Shown here: positions 26,773 to 43,328 of the stretch, piece after piece
How positions within the stretch are numbered: the first letter of the stretch is position 1
Layout of the letters: every line of letters begins with the position of its first letter
Assembly (NCBI GenBank): GCA_951406725.2
Contig: OX597824.1
Location: forward strand, 82,522,001 to 82,586,000
Reading direction: 5' to 3'
Origin: Octopus vulgaris
Taxonomy: Eukaryota
Length of the DNA: 64,000 bases
Notes under the pieces: generated by a model
What the model saw: only the letters and a program-made list of their open reading frames with translations
The model's database searches: none
What the model was told of the DNA's origin: nothing
Position numbers and translations under genes: made by a program

Positions 26773-26844
26773 GGACACAGAAAAAACAAGGAGAGAAAAA
26801 AGAGAAAAATGTGTGTAGTGGCTCACGATCTATCATATATATGA

Positions 26845-27364
26845 GACCAAAGTGTACGTACGCTGTGAAAAACATCGCAGATGTGCGTGCAGCTGTGAGA
26901 GGAAATCGTTGAATCACCATCGGTGAGTTGTCAGAAGATGCGCAGATTAGTTACGGTTCACTGAATATTTGGATATGAGACGCGTGTCTGCCAAGTTTGT
27001 GCCAAAACCTCTTGCAGATGACGACGCACCTGTTCATTCAGCGCAGCTTGTACAACAGTTTTTGGCGAGACACAGCATTCACCACGTCCTACAGCCGCCG
27101 TTTTCCCCAGATCTCGCCCCTTACGTCTTTTCTCCTCTTTCCAAAAATCAAATCTCGCTTCAAACGAAAATTTCAGGACGTCGAGAAAATCAAAATGTGA
27201 CGAGGCAGCTGCTGATTATCCCAGAAAATGAGTTCCAGGAATGCTTCTGTCAATGGAAACGGTTTCCGAAGAGGACTATTTTGAAGGAGATTAAATGCCA
27301 AATTGGGACGTGTTGTAGTTTTGTTTTTATAACACCCGTCCGGATACTTATTGATCAGACCTTG
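26845..27364 (+). mobile_element. Internally deleted mariner-type transposase relic with right TIR
   Basis: MRRVSAKFVPK joined to DDAPVHSAQLVQQFLA...PPFSPDLAP; TIR CCGGATACTTATTGATCAGACCTTG followed by TA. Confidence 0.85.
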
Positions 27365-27387
27365 TATATATACGTATGTGTGTGTGT

Positions 27388-27445
<58 letters not shown>

Positions 27446-27511
27446 TATCTTCCATGTGTTAGCCCGTACCTCCTTACGACAAGGTAAACTCCATTTAATC
27501 AAGAAACCTTT

Positions 27512-27582
27512 GGTCCGACGAGTAGCCTCGCTTTGATATTTATCAATTCCGAGGTACCGCTTGCTATGAAAGATATGTCACC
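27512..27582 (+). ncRNA. HHR-like motif (U4C core)
   Basis: ggt-CCGACGA-gtagc...gctat-GAAA-gatatg-TC-acc. Confidence 0.55.
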
Positions 27583-29464
27583 CGGATTTTATCTATTCTA
27601 TTCCTTAACTCTTGTATTTTTATTCGCATATCTGGCAACTATAGCTGCCTACCATGAAATTTTAAATTATTTTTTCAAGGTTTATTGTGCTTTCATAAGG
27701 AACAATTCCACAACCTTCTACCCTAATAAACTACTAGTGTTCCTGGAATCAGTTTTTTATATATTTCTCCTTTCTTTATTGCTCACAAGGGGCTAAACAC
27801 AAAGGGGACAAACAAGGACGGACAAAGGGATTAAGTCGATTACATCGACCCAGGGCGTAATTGGTACTTCATTTATCGAATCCCAGTGCGTAACTGGCGC
27901 TTTATTTATCGACCCCGAAAGGATGAAAGGCAAAGTCGACGTCGGCGGAATTTGAACCCAGAACGTAACGGCAGACGAAATACATATTTCTTTACTACCC
28001 ACTAGGGCCTAAACACAGAGAGGACAAACAAGGACAGACAAACGGATTAAGTCGATTATATCGACCCCAGTGCGTAACTGGTACTTAATTTATCAATCCC
28101 GAAAGGATAAAAAGGCAGAATTTGACCTCGGCGGAATTTGAACTCAGAACGTAACGGCAGACGAAATACCCCTAAGCATTTCGCCGGGTGTGTTAACGTT
28201 TCTGCCAGCTCGCCGCCTTCTTATTTTCTATGGATCGCTTCAAGCCTACCTTCTTCCTACACCTTGATCCTTGGATCTTACATTTGTATGTGTGTGTGTT
28301 TGTGTGTGCGTGTGCGTTTGTGTGCGTGTGTGTGTGTGTGTGTGTTGAGTGCGTGTTCGTGTATGAGTTTACATTCATCTCCCACTGCTGGAACCAACCG
28401 AATAAGTACCAGACTTCATAAAAGACAGATAAGTACTGGAGTCGATTTATTCCACTAAACCCTACAAGGCGGTGCTCCAGCATGGCCGCTGTCCAATGAC
28501 TGAAATAAGCAAAAGATAAAAGATACATGTTCCATATATTTTGTATTCTTGGACAAAGAAATTTCTTTTCTACCCCCGTATTCCAACTTCACCAGTTGAT
28601 GCTTTAATGCAGCATCTTAACACCTGCTGGTGAGGGGTCAACAGGTGCATTTTGACTGACCTCTGTGAACCCAGAAAGGTCAACGCCTTAACTCGTATCT
28701 AATAACAACGTAAATACAGCAACTGATCATTGCTATCCTGCATATCTTATTGATCCATACGTAACCTTAAAAATTAACTGCGTGGAGACAGTGGTTAGGA
28801 ATGGTAGAGGAGGTGACGGTGACTGTGGCGGTGACAGTGACGGTGGTGGTGATGGTGGTGGCGGCGGTGTTGTTGTTGGTGGTGGAGTGATGGTGAAGGT
28901 TGTAGAGAGGGTTGTGATGGTGGTGGAGGTTATGCAGATGGTGGTGACGGCTGAGGTATCAGTGGTGAAGGTGGTGCTGTCGGCGATAGTGATAATGATG
29001 TGGTGGTGGTGGTGGTGGTGGTGGTGGTGATGGTGGTGGTGGTGGTGATGATGATAGTGGTGGTGGTGGTGGTGATGTTGGTGGTGGTGGTGGTGGTGAT
29101 AGTGATATGGTGGTGATATGGTGGTGGTAATGGTGGTAGTGATTTTGGTATCGGTAGTGGTGGTGGTGATGTTGATTTGGTGTTGATGGTAATAATGGTT
29201 GGTGATGGTGGTGGTGATAGTGATGATGGTAGTTCTGACATTAGTATTGTTGGTTCGTTGCTGGCAGTGGTGGTGGTGGTGGTGGTGATGGTGATGGTAG
29301 TGGTGTAGTGGTGGTGGTGGTGGTGGTGGTGGTAGTAGTATAGTGGGAGTGGTGGCATTAGTGCTGCCGGTGGTACCGCTGCTAGAGAAAAGGGTATATA
29401 ATGATAGTAATTTTAGAATTGTTTGTGGTGGGGTATTTTTACTCTGTTGTGATAGGAGTACAGA

Positions 29465-29496
<32 letters not shown>

Positions 29497-29941
29497 TGGT
29501 TGTGGTGTTGGGAGTGGTGATGGAAGTTTTGTAGGTAGGAGGTGGTGATGGTGGGGGCAGTGAACTTGGATCAAACACTTGACTAGTTTCCTTTTGACAA
29601 ATGAGAGAAAGAAAGAAAATTATGGAGGTGGTGTGGTGGAGTAAGAGGGGTTAAGAGCCCGTCACGTCTTCTCCGATTGAACTTTGACCCCGAGACCTAA
29701 TTTTTCTGCGGAACACACCTGGTCTTTTATAATGACTATTTATTATGGAGTCAGGTCAGCCAGCCTCTACTCTACACCTTTCAAGACACGCCGCCGCCCT
29801 GTATAATTCATTCCTCTTCATCCTCCTTCTCGCCGAGATCAACATTAATATCATCACTATCATCATCATCATTATCATCATCAACATCATCATCATCACC
29901 ATCATCTTCAACATCATCATCACCATTATAATCACCATCAC

Positions 29942-30048
<107 letters not shown>

Positions 30049-30716
30049 ATCAATATCATCATCATCACCACCATCATCATCATAATCATTATCATCAATC
30101 AATATCATCATCATTCTCATCATACCAGGCAGTGGTTTCTGATTTTAACTGATTGGATGTGTTATCATGTACATTGTTTTGTCTTGGCATAAAAGATGGG
30201 CTACGGCAAATATTCTGCTCAATACCACAGATTTGCTTGTCAGTTGTTGAGCATGTCCTTTAGTGGCTGACGATATGTGCATCTCTGATCACGAGCAGAA
30301 GTAGTAAGGGAGCATCATAGCCATGTTTTGAGAGGGATTCTTTGGGGTTTGAATAATTCACCTCTGGAAACATGGGTGTTTCGTTCAACATCCTTAAACA
30401 ATCCTTATTCAGGGACATTTTGAGCAGGATGGGTTACTTGACCAGAAGAAAATTCTAACTGGACCCCCACCTGCGAGGTCATGAGCTGTTTATCTTGATA
30501 TGAGATCACCATGTCACGCACATATGGTTGTGATGCATGTGTCTGGTGTGCTCTTATCAGACCGGTAGTCATGACGGGTACACTGGGCTTCGTATATTTT
30601 ACCCCAGTGTCACTTTGATGGCATGCACTGCTCTCTCACTCAATAATAATAATAATATTAATAATAACATCGGAAAATACCTTAGGAATGAGAACCCAGG
30701 TTCGAAATTCCCCCAT

Positions 30717-30762
30717 GACACCTGATGAAGGCTGGAGGGTACATCAGCCGAAACGCTGTGTT
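30717..30762 (+). ncRNA. Minimal HHR-like motif (family of 19454), cleavage site mutated
   Basis: acac-CTGATGA-A-ggctg...cagcc-GAAA-cgct-gtgt. Confidence 0.65.
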
Positions 30763-31019
30763 AACAAAAAACAAGATTAGAAATGATGTAAATAATGTAG
30801 ATGATTCCTCATCTCTCGCATATAGAACTAAAACAATCACATCATCAAAATCACAAAGCTAGGAGATAATACATGATTAATTTGAAACAATGTGGATAAA
30901 TGAGCATTACAGGTGAAGGATTAACCTGACTGGAATCAATGGAATCTACTAATCCCATCTGCCAAAACTAAAGACCATGGGCCTATTATAATAGAAAGGA
31001 TAATTGTATCGTTGCTGGT

Positions 31020-31404
31020 GGGAAGCACTCCGTCGGTTACGACGACGAGGGTTCCGGTTGATCCGAATCAACGGAACAGCCTGCTCGTGAAATCAACGTG
31101 TAAGTGGCTGAGCACTCCACAGACACGTGTACCCTTAACGTAGTTCTCGGGGATATTCAGCGTGACACAGAGGTGACAAGGCCGGCCCTTTGAAATACAA
31201 GGTACAACAGAAACAGGAAGTAAGAGTGAGAGAAAGGTGTGGTGAAAGAGTAGAGCAGGGATCACCATCATCCCCTGCCGGAGCGTCGTGGAGCTTTAGG
31301 TGTTTTCGCTCAATAAACACTCACAACGCCCGGTCTGGGAATCGAAACCGCGATCCTATGACCGCGAGTCCGCTGCCCTAACCACTGGGCCATTGCGCCT
31401 CCAC
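31020..31404 (-). mobile_element. tRNA-derived SINE family B1, full length
   Basis: Head GGAGGCGCAATGGCCCAGTGGTTAGGGCAGCGGACTCGCGG...GGTTTCGATTCC; tail CGTCGTCGTAACCGACGGAG; sister copy at 55876-56257. Confidence 0.85.
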
Positions 31405-32504
31405 ATCGTGGCTGGTAAGCTGTTGATAAGCCATGATTATCGACACTGTCAACAACCATTCTTGTATTCTTTTTATTTGTTTCAGTCATTAGATTGGAAC
31501 CATGCTGGTAATAACATTGCTTAGCGCCCCTACTTGGTAATTTACCATTTTTGATGGCCTATAAGACGCACGAGTGTATAGGACGCACCCTAGCCTAGGC
31601 TCTGGCAGACACGTTAGCGCGCCGGGCGGAATGCTTAGCGGTATTTCGTCTGTCGTTACGTTCTGAGTTCAAATTCCACCGAGGTCGACTTTGCCTTTCA
31701 TCCTTTCGGGGTCGATAAATAAAAGTACCAGTTTCACACTGGGGTCGATGTAATCGACTTAATCCCTTTGTCTGTCCTTGTTTGTCCTCTCTATGTTTAG
31801 CCCCTTGTTGGCAATAAAGAAATATATAATTTTGTAAAATAAATTACCACTAAAATAAGGTTTTAATTCCTCCCTTTACCTGTATAACTTTATGTTATTA
31901 CTGGTAATTATAAGCAATTTATTGCATTCCCATCCGATATAAACATACCGTGGGTGATTGTTTATCAATAGATGGTAGCACACATTTTGTAAACATACAT
32001 ACCGTTTTGAGCGAGTTTTGAGCCTACATTGAGTGCATTGGACGAGCGGCCGCGTAGCGTTATCAGCCATCGTACGATGACAGACATAGCATACGAAAAT
32101 CACCCTCTTTCGTCAGTTTGTAGTGCTCTGTGCCCAGTGTCTGTGACCGAATAGGACACAACTACTCCGAAATGCTGCATCTCACCGTCTGAAAAGGGGG
32201 CGCTGCGAGCTGATCTAAGTGTATTTACACCATTTATCTACAGTGAGAAATTTTCTCCGTGGCAAAACACAGTGAAGAACTTGTTTCCAAACGTGCTACA
32301 GGCATATTTGAACTGGTAATGACATTATAATTATATTGTTATAGGCGTAGGAGTGGCTGTGTGGTAAGTAGCTTGCTTACCAACCACATGGTTCCGGGTT
32401 CAGTCTCACTGTATAGCACCTTGGGCAAGTATCTTCTACTATAGCCTCGGGCCGACCAAAGCCTTGTGAGTGGATTTGGTAGACGGAAACTAAAAGAAGC
32501 CCGT

Positions 32505-32548
<44 letters not shown>

Positions 32549-32551
<3 letters not shown>

Positions 32552-32678
32552 GGTGTCCCCCAAAAATGTATACACACCTTAAATAATTGTAAATTTGTTA
32601 TTCTTTGTAAGCCTAGTACTTACTCTATCGTTCTCTTTTGCCGAACCACTATGTGTATACATTTTTTGGGACACCCTG
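32549..32678. mobile_element. Tc1/mariner-type MITE within the (TA)n of a SINE A copy (32343-32985)
   Basis: TIRs CAGGGTGTCCCCCAAAAATGTATACACA / TGTGTATACATTTTTTGGGACACCCTG; TA on both flanks. Confidence 0.8.
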
Positions 32679-32739
<61 letters not shown>

Positions 32740-33953
32740 GTGTGTGTATGTGAGTCTGTGAGTATGTTTGTGTGTCTGTGTTTGTTCCCTCAACATCGCT
32801 TCACAACCGATGCTGGTGTATTTATGTCCCCGTAACTTCGCGGATTGGCAAAAGAGACCGATAGAATAAGTACTAGGCTTACAAAGAATAAGTCCCGGGG
32901 TCGATTTGCTCGACTTTAAAAGCGGTGCTCCAGCATGGCCACAGTCAAATGACTGAAACAAGTAAAAGAGTAGAGTAAAAGAGTGCTTCACTCTTTAGCG
33001 CTCCTACATCTTTATGAAGTGTAATCACAGCATTACATATTGTGAGAATAACAATGGCTCTTGAATCCTCCTTACAACTTACAGAACTTGTAGGTTCGAC
33101 TTTAGTAGAATTTCATCAGACTTCTTCGTTGTTCCCGATCATTCTGATTAATTTTCTCTTTGCACCTTCATGCAGAATCATTAGCAAGCCGAGAAAAATG
33201 CTTAGCAGCAATTCGTCTGTCTTTACGTCTTTACGTTCTGAGTTATGAGTTATGAGTTATGAGTTCAAATTAGTCTAGGTCGGCTTTGCCTTTCATCTAT
33301 CTATCCATGTATGTATGTATGTATGTATGTATGCATTTTTCTCTTTCTCTTTTACTTGTTTCAGTCATTTGACTGCGGCCATGCTAGAGCACCGCCTTTA
33401 ATCGAGCAACTCGACCCCGGGACTTATTCTTTGTAAGCCCAGTACTTGTTCTATCGGTCTCTTTTTGCCGAACCGCTAAGTGACGGGGACGTAAACACAC
33501 CAGCATCGGTTGTCAAGCGATGCTAGTCTAGTTCAAATTAGTTCTACCGAGGTCGACTTTGCCATTCATCTTTTCGGAGTCGATAAATTAAATACCAGTG
33601 GGACTGAACCCGGAAGTATGTATGTATGTATGTATGTATGTATGTATGTATGTATGTATGTATGTATTATGTATGTATGTATGTATGTATGTATGTATGT
33701 ATGTATGTATGTATGTATGTATGTGTGTATGTATGCATGTATGTATGTATGTATGTATGTGTGTGTGTATGTATGTATGTATTATGTATGTATGTATGTA
33801 TGTATGTATCTATCTATCTATCTATCTATCTATGTATGTATGTATATATGTGTGTTATGTATATATATATATATATATCTATCTATCTATCTATCTGCAT
33901 AAACATGCATACATACGTACATACACTCACACATACACCGCAATTCGCCTCTT

Positions 33954-33989
<36 letters not shown>

Positions 33990-36005
33990 AGTGTGTGTGT
34001 GTGCGTATATCTGTGTGTGTATGTGTGTATGTGTGTACATGTGTGTGTGTGCGAATTTATTGACCCCCCTCCCCCTCATGCTCCCCCATATCGTTCAGTT
34101 GCCCCTATACTACATCTTAATCTTATCAGTATCCACGATAACACCAACTGGTCTCACACACGTCTGACCACCGTTCGCTCACACCTGCATCTCTTGATAT
34201 TATACTTGTGCAAACTCTTTGAAATGACCACTTTCCGTTGACCGAGCCGTGATGGTTCTCTTATCTTTCCAATTATTGTTGTTTCTGCTTTTTTCTGATG
34301 TTGCTGCTGCTGTTGTTGTTGTTGTTGTTGTTGTCATAGGTCTCGTATTTGTTTTTCTACTTTACTTCTTAAATCTTTGTTTTCTCATCTCGTTTACTCG
34401 TTTTTGTCTTATAATTCTTGTGGTTCTTGTTATCGTCGTTATCGTTGTTTTTCTTCTTCCCGGCTTCCCTTTCTCACTCTTTCTTTTTCTTTGTCGCATC
34501 TCCCCTACTCTAGCTTCGATGGTACTTATTTTATAGAGCACTGGGGTACTTATTTTATCGACCCCTGTGCTCAACTGGTATTTAATTTATCGACTCCGAA
34601 AAGATGAATGACAAAGTCGACCTCGGTAGAACTTAAACTCAGACTTGGAATGGGTTGATAGTGGTGTGGGTGGTGCTGCTGTTGCTGGAATAGTTAACAC
34701 AACGTCTGATATTCCAAGTGACAATGTTAAGTGTGCCTGGGGCCGTTCTAGAGCTGTTAGGGCGCGAACCACTTACACAAGATCAGATTCTTCTCGATTA
34801 GATATTCGTTCCAAATTTTAGCAAAAGCTCACTGAATTCAGAGGAGGGTGTTAGTCGAATACCTCGACCCCAGTGTTCAACTGGTACTTGTTTTATCAGT
34901 CCCGTAAGGATGAAAGGAAAAGTCGGCCTCGGCGGAATTTGAACTCAGAACGTTAAATCGAATCTCCCAGCTCACCGCCCAGAACTCTCGATTAAATATT
35001 GGTTTAAAATGTTGGTACAAGGTCAGCAACTTTGGGGACAGGGTCAAATCGATTGCATCGATCTTAGTGTTCAACTGGTATTTGTTTTATCGATCCCGAA
35101 AGAATTAAAGACAAAGTCGACCTCGGCAGGATTTGAACTCAGACCGTAGAAAGGGACGAAATGCCGCTAAGCATTTTGCCCGTTGTGCTAACGATACTGC
35201 CAGCTCGCCACTTTGAATTCTCGATTAATTATTAAAACAACGCCAGATTAATATGAATAAAATAACGGTTTCAAATATTAGCACAAGGCCTGCAATTTCG
35301 TGAGAGGAGGACAGTCGATTACCTCGACCCCAGTGCACAGCTGGTGCTTATTCTCTCAACCTCCAGTGTTCGATGGTACTTATTTTATAGAGCACTGGGG
35401 TACTTATTTTATCGACCCCAGTGCTCAACTGGTATTTAATTTATCGACTCCGAAAAGATGAATGGCAAAGTCGACCTCGGTAGAACTTAAACTCAGAATG
35501 TATTTTCAGAAGACATGCTGCAAAGAATTTTGTTCCGGTGCGTTAACGATTCTTCCAACTCGCTAAGTTTGCAAAAGTGTTTATGAAGGCGCGCAGGCGT
35601 GGATGTGCGGTAAGAAGCTTACTTCCCAACCGCATGGTTCTGGGTTCAGTTCCACTGCGTGGCATGTTGGACATTTGTTTTCAACTATAGCCTCGGGCGG
35701 ACCATAGGCTCGTGAGTGGATTTGGTAGACGGAACAAAATGAACAAAAAGTATTCATCTAGGAAATGAAGATTACAAACCAAGAATGAAATAATGTACCA
35801 TCAATTAGATCGAACCCAATAAATATTTTTTTTCGAACTTTATGTTATCGACCCAACGAAATATGAAAGGCAAAGCGGAATTCGATGGGATTTGAACTTA
35901 TAATACATGTATAGTTTCGCAACAATATTGGAGCAAAGCGTCGCGTTTGACACCCAGCCTTTTACCAGAAACCACACAGCCATTACAAGTAGTAGTAGTA
36001 GTAGC

Positions 36006-36151
<146 letters not shown>

Positions 36152-36152
36152 T

Positions 36153-36190
<38 letters not shown>

Positions 36191-36230
36191 TAGCAGCAGC
36201 AGCAGCAGCAGCAGTAGTAGCAGTAGTAGC

Positions 36231-36272
<42 letters not shown>

Positions 36273-36991
36273 TTCAAATATTTGCTGACTCCCTCTGTTC
36301 GTTATCTGAGACACAGTTGGCAAAGTACAAGCAACCTTGAGTTTACTCAAGGTTTATAGCAATTACTCGTAATTTTTCATCGATTTTTAGTTTGGCAAGA
36401 CACCAACGGGAGGTCCATGTCGATCTTGCATAGCTCACTAAGCTAATCCTATACTTACTAACACACATAATGGGAATTATGCCAAACAAAAGAACAATGG
36501 TGTTTCTGCGACATTACCTGCCACGACTAATCGAAATATATGGACGACAGAAATATATAAAAATTATTCCCTGACCGGAAATATTTCGTGATGTCACATC
36601 CGGTGAGTATAGGAACACTCCACAATATAATTTCCGCTTTCTTTTCAATTCTGACTTCTCCATCTCCTCCAGTTGCGGCGAAGTAAGCTCGGAGTCAGGG
36701 CATAAATAAGGCGGCGAGATGGCAGCGGTTGTGAGGGCAGCGAACTAAGTCTACGTTGCAAAAGTGTTTATGTAGGCGCGGCACAGGCGTGGATGTGCGG
36801 TAAGAAGCTTACTTCCCAACCGCATGTCTCAGGGTTCAGTTCCACTGCGTGGCACTTTGGACAATTGTCTTCAACTATAGCCTCGGGCGTACCAAAGTCC
36901 ATCGTGTACACGATGGACTTCTTTCAGTTTCCAAATCTACCAAATCCACTCACAAGGCTATATAGTTATTTATATATATATAAATAAATAA

Positions 36992-37056
<65 letters not shown>

Positions 37057-37181
37057 CAGCATGGCCACAGCTCATTAGCTGAAACTGGAAAAATCAAAAA
37101 TCAAAATCAAAATCATATATATATATATATAATATATAAATGTATAATATATATATATGTGTGTGTCTGTGTGTCTGTGTG

Positions 37182-37979
<798 letters not shown>

Positions 37980-38181
37980 CATATATATGTATGTATGTAG
38001 GTATGATGTTATTCCTCACTATTTCTGCGCACTAAGGCAATGAGGAATCGAATGTTCTGTTAGCAGGATAATTGCTCAATGTGCTGGACAGTGAGATCGA
38101 ACCCGTAATTACATGATTCTGAAGAGTCCTTCTTAACCCCTCACAGTTTCTCTCAGTATAAGTTTCGGTTATCTACCATCA

Positions 38182-38245
<64 letters not shown>

Positions 38246-38517
38246 ACTCCTCTTTTGTCTCTGTATCCCTTTACGTCTTTCGTTAATTTCACAGATCTGA
38301 CCAAATAATATAACTACTACTACTGCTGCTGCCGGTGCTGCTGCTATCCTATCACAATTAGAATATTTAAATATTCTAAATGACACGAAATGAAACAGCT
38401 GTCATGTCCGATGACTAATAAATTATTTTTCTAAACAGCATCCATTTCAGATCTGTCCAAACCTTCTGTTGCGAAAGCCCCAACCGCAAACAAACACACA
38501 CACACACACACACACAC

Positions 38518-38578
<61 letters not shown>

Positions 38579-38798
38579 AGAGTAAAAGCGGTTAATTACA
38601 AGTAAATGCATTCGTTTATGTCCTTTTGTAACATTGTTATTTGTGTTTTTAATTGACAAAAAGTTTATCTATATTTTTGGTTGAAATACTTTATAATTTG
38701 AATATTGTATTTTATTCCTTTCTTAAAGATTATATATTCTTGTAAACCCATACATTATATATACAAACCTACGTACGTACATGCATATACGCATGCAT

Positions 38799-38852
<54 letters not shown>

Positions 38853-39955
38853 GTGTGTATGTATATATACATGCGTGTATATATACGTACATATATTTCC
38901 ACTTCTACATACACCCAAAACATTCGTTGAATAAAAGTCGCAACAAAACACAAAATTATTCACAAAAATGATGGCAATTTCCCTTCGGAATGTCGTCTGC
39001 TTCATTATAATCAACGAAACAACAACAAAAATGAAGAATAAATTTGAATGAAATACGAAGTAAAATCGTCCCTAATGAGATTTCAAACTTAATTACATAT
39101 ATTTAACCTTTATCTTATTTTTTTATCCCCTCAACACCATCACCAGCGACAATAGAGTCTAGTTTAAGATAGATAATTGTAATTCTATTCGTTTTGCAAT
39201 GTCGTATTAGTTTTCTCTGGCGAACATTGAATACATGAGAAGGATATTAAAGCTTCGCTTAACAAAGAGAGAATCAACGATGATGATTTTTATGTAATCA
39301 AGTGCTTCATATATAGTTTGCTCTCTTTTTCCCATCGATTTGATTTTTCGCTTTCATACAACAAATGAATTTTCTATTCAACTACGGATGCGATTCCATT
39401 GTATTTATGTATTTTATATATTTATGTTCTTTTCGTTTCTCTTCCTCAATTTCTAAAACCATTACGCAGTACCCTAGTTGATTATTGTTGTTGTCATTGT
39501 GGTGGTGGTTGTTGTTGTTGTTGTTGTTGATTTAGTTGTAATTGTTGTCAGGATATATTTTATTCTTGTTTTTTGTCTTTTTTTTTTCTTTCTTCAATTT
39601 TTTTCTCCTTATCTTCTGCTCTTACCGGTTGAAGACAAAAAAAAAATTAATATTTTCTATTGTAACACTTCCTCAATTAGACTTCAGTATTTTTCTAAGT
39701 GACTCACGCTCAGATCTCTCTATCACTCACTAACTTTCCTTCTTTCATTCTATTTCAATTCTCTCTCTCTGCCTCACCCCCCTCTCTCTCTCTCCCTCCC
39801 TCCTTCGCTCTCAAGAAGATAAGTGTTACTGTCAAAACCATAGCGAATATATGCATATACACATCTGTGTATGTAAAAAGATGTGTGTGTATGTATGTAT
39901 GTAGGTATATGTCTATCTATCTCTCTCTCTATATATCTATATCTCTCTCTATATA

Positions 39956-39989
<34 letters not shown>

Positions 39990-41181
39990 CATATATGTAT
40001 GTAAGTATGCATTATACACACACACATACATACATGCATATATATGAAGGTATATATATATATATATATATATAGGTATATATATATGTGTGTATAGGTA
40101 TATATATATATAAAGTGTGTGTGTACACATATACATAAGCGATTACGAATATATGTGTGTGTACATATAGATATATACACATATGTATGTATGTATATAT
40201 ATATATATTTGTACCTATATATATATGTGTGTGTATGTAGGTACGTATACATATGTATATATGTATGTATGTCTGTATAAAGCACATACATATATCCATT
40301 CTTCCATCTATACATACATACATACATGCATGCATAAATACATACATACATAAATACATACATATATACATGCATACATACATACATACATACATACATG
40401 CATACATGCATACATACATACATACATAAGTGCATACATACATACATACATACATACATACATACATACATACATGAATACATACATACATACATACATA
40501 CATACATACATAAACATACATACATACTTACATACAGTACATACATACACACATACAGTACATACATACATACATACATACATACATACATACATACATA
40601 CATGAATACATACATACATACATACATACATACATACATACATACATACATACATACATACATACATACAAGAGTGGAGAAGCTCCTCTTTCAAGCATGT
40701 CGTTTCGCCACGTTAAAAGAGTTCACGGCGACAACCACTACAACTGCTTCTGAACGTTTTCCGTTTAGCTTTTTCAACGTTTCAATCTAAATATCTTGTT
40801 TTATTTTTAATTCTGTTTTATATAATATACCACCGATAAAACATTTACAACAATTTCAACACCACCGGAAGCCAAAGATGAATACGTGAAATTAAACTAA
40901 GTATTGACATTGTGTCATTCGTGAAACAGCCATTTTGAAGAATTGTTCTGCCGTTTCAGTAACGAACAAAAGGACTGGGTACTTCAGCTTGGAAATCTTG
41001 ACGGAAATATTTTTTGTTTTTTAGAAATCAGTTTTCAATACGACTGGTAAATGTATGAATATATAAATACATACGTACATACATACATACATACATACAT
41101 ACATACATACATACATACATTCATGTGTGTGTATGTGTGTGTATTTGAGAGAGAGAGAAGGAGAGAGAGAGAAAAAGATAC

Positions 41182-41241
<60 letters not shown>

Positions 41242-41247
41242 GCAGAC

Positions 41248-41358
<111 letters not shown>

Positions 41359-41482
41359 TGGATAGATAGATAGATGTATATGTTTGGAGTAAATACATTT
41401 TTGTATATATTTATATATATGTACATACATGCATACTTATATGCGCACACTCACAAACACACGCACACATACAAACACATAT

Positions 41483-41522
<40 letters not shown>

Positions 41523-41665
41523 GCGCCATGGTCTTTTAGTGTGTGGTCTTTTAGTGTGTGGTCTTTTAGTATGTGGTCTTTTGGTATTTTAGTATGTGAC
41601 CTCGTCTGTATCACTAGCGATTTTTTTCCCCTGTCTTCCCTTCTCGGGATCTTTCCTTCTCCTAT

Positions 41666-41700
41666 GTTTCCGACGAAGAGCTCCGCTCGAAACGTCAAAC
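41666..41700 (+). ncRNA. Minimal HHR-like motif (U4C core) in a TA-flanked fragment (about 41520-41800)
   Basis: gttt-CCGACGA-A-gagc(tcc)gctc-GAAA-cg-TC-aaac. Confidence 0.7.
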
Positions 41701-41797
41701 CCTCTTTCCCTTGTTTCCTGAGCGTCCAATAATACTTTATTTGTTCCACGTCCTTGCCTTGTTATTTTTTTGTTTTTGTTTTCTTGTTTGGATTAAC

Positions 41798-41828
<31 letters not shown>

Positions 41829-41908
41829 TCATATATGTATGTAGGTATGTGCATGTGTATATTATTCAGACACATACACACACACTGATGGAGAGGTACA
41901 CGTACATA

Positions 41909-42767
41909 CATTGTGTGATGGGTAGATTGTCGTCATTTTATCTTTTTAATTTCGCGCATGCGTATTGTTTTTTGTTTTTTCAACTACACAATAGAGTAGG
42001 GTCAGTTGGGCACCGTCTGTGAGAAAATACGGCACCATGACGCAATTAACTCTGCCAGAAATTTGGAAACGAAATGCTGTACTGCTTAGCATTTGCGCCG
42101 GAAACTCTAATACAAACATTTCAGAGTGTTTGGGAGTCAATCTGAGGTCATGTACCGTGAGTGATAAAAATAAAACATGCAGACAACATCATGGTATTTG
42201 TAGTGATTACTGGTAACGGCGACGTTATGCCTCCATTCTTCTTTCAAAACGGCCTCAGACTCAACACGAAGGCCTTCATCAAATACTTGGAGGATGTAGC
42301 ACTGTCCTTGGTGAAGAGTGTGGTTGCTAGAACATTCTATGTCTGGCAACAGGACTCTGCACCATGCCACACATGTAGGAGAACCCATTCGTGGCTGTCA
42401 GACAATTTTTGCGACCATATAATCCCTAACATCTGGCCACCTAATTCCTCAGACTGCAACCCCTTTGATTATTATGTGTGGAGTGCAGTTGAGCGAGAGA
42501 CCAACAAAACTCCTTGTAACACCAAAGATGAACTGAAGGCAAGGATTATAGCAGCATTCACCAACGTAAATAAGGAGACGGTCTAGAAGAGTTGCAGAAG
42601 ATTCCGAAGTCAATGTTTGAAGCCAATGGGGATTTTATTGACTAAATTTATCCTTTAGTATTTCAAGCTATCTTTCTGTAATTTTACCAAATACATCTGT
42701 TAAACTGAGAGGTCAGTGTTATTTTCATTTTTTGTAATTTAGACGACAGTTTATTCACCGCACCCTG
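41909..42767 (+). mobile_element. Deleted maT (DD37D) Tc1/mariner transposon
   Basis: ORF 42161-42586 has WQQDSAPCH...WPPNSSDCNPFDY with 37 residues between the last two catalytic Asp; degenerate TIRs ending GCACCCTG-TA. Confidence 0.85.
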
Positions 42768-43328
42768 TATATGTATGTGTGTGTGTGGATGGATGGATTA
42801 TATAACTTAAATTAAGGCGGTGAGCTGACAGAAACGTTAGCACGCCGGGCGAAATGTGTAGCCGTATTTTGTCTGCCGTAACGTTCTGAGTTCAAATTCC
42901 GCCGAGGTCGACTTTGCCTTTCATCCTTTCGGGGTCGATAAATTAAGTACCAGTTACGCACTGGGGTCGATATAATCGACTTAATCCGTTTGTCTGTCCT
43001 TGTTTGTCCCCTCTGTGTGTAATCAAACTTTAATAATTGACTCCAGTAGATGGCTAGAACTAAATGAATGATATATATTGATAAATGCTGTAAGTATAAC
43101 GAGAATGTTTCTTGGTTTCAGAGTTTAGCAAAGGACTCAGTGAAATCCAAAACAATCAAATTTCAGAGGGATAATAGACAGAAAAATAGAAAATTGGATT
43201 TAGGGAGAATGACGTGGAAAATAAACCAATGTACATACTACAGTTCTATATTTAAGAGATGAGGAATTATGTACATTATTTACATTATTTACATTTGACG
43301 GATATTTGTCCTCATCTTGTTTGTTGTT

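Noticed and set aside
36560-36700. Promoter or first-exon-like motifs (CCGGAAAT, TGATGTCA, GTGAGT)
   Set aside because: Short motifs expected by chance; no linked coding evidence.
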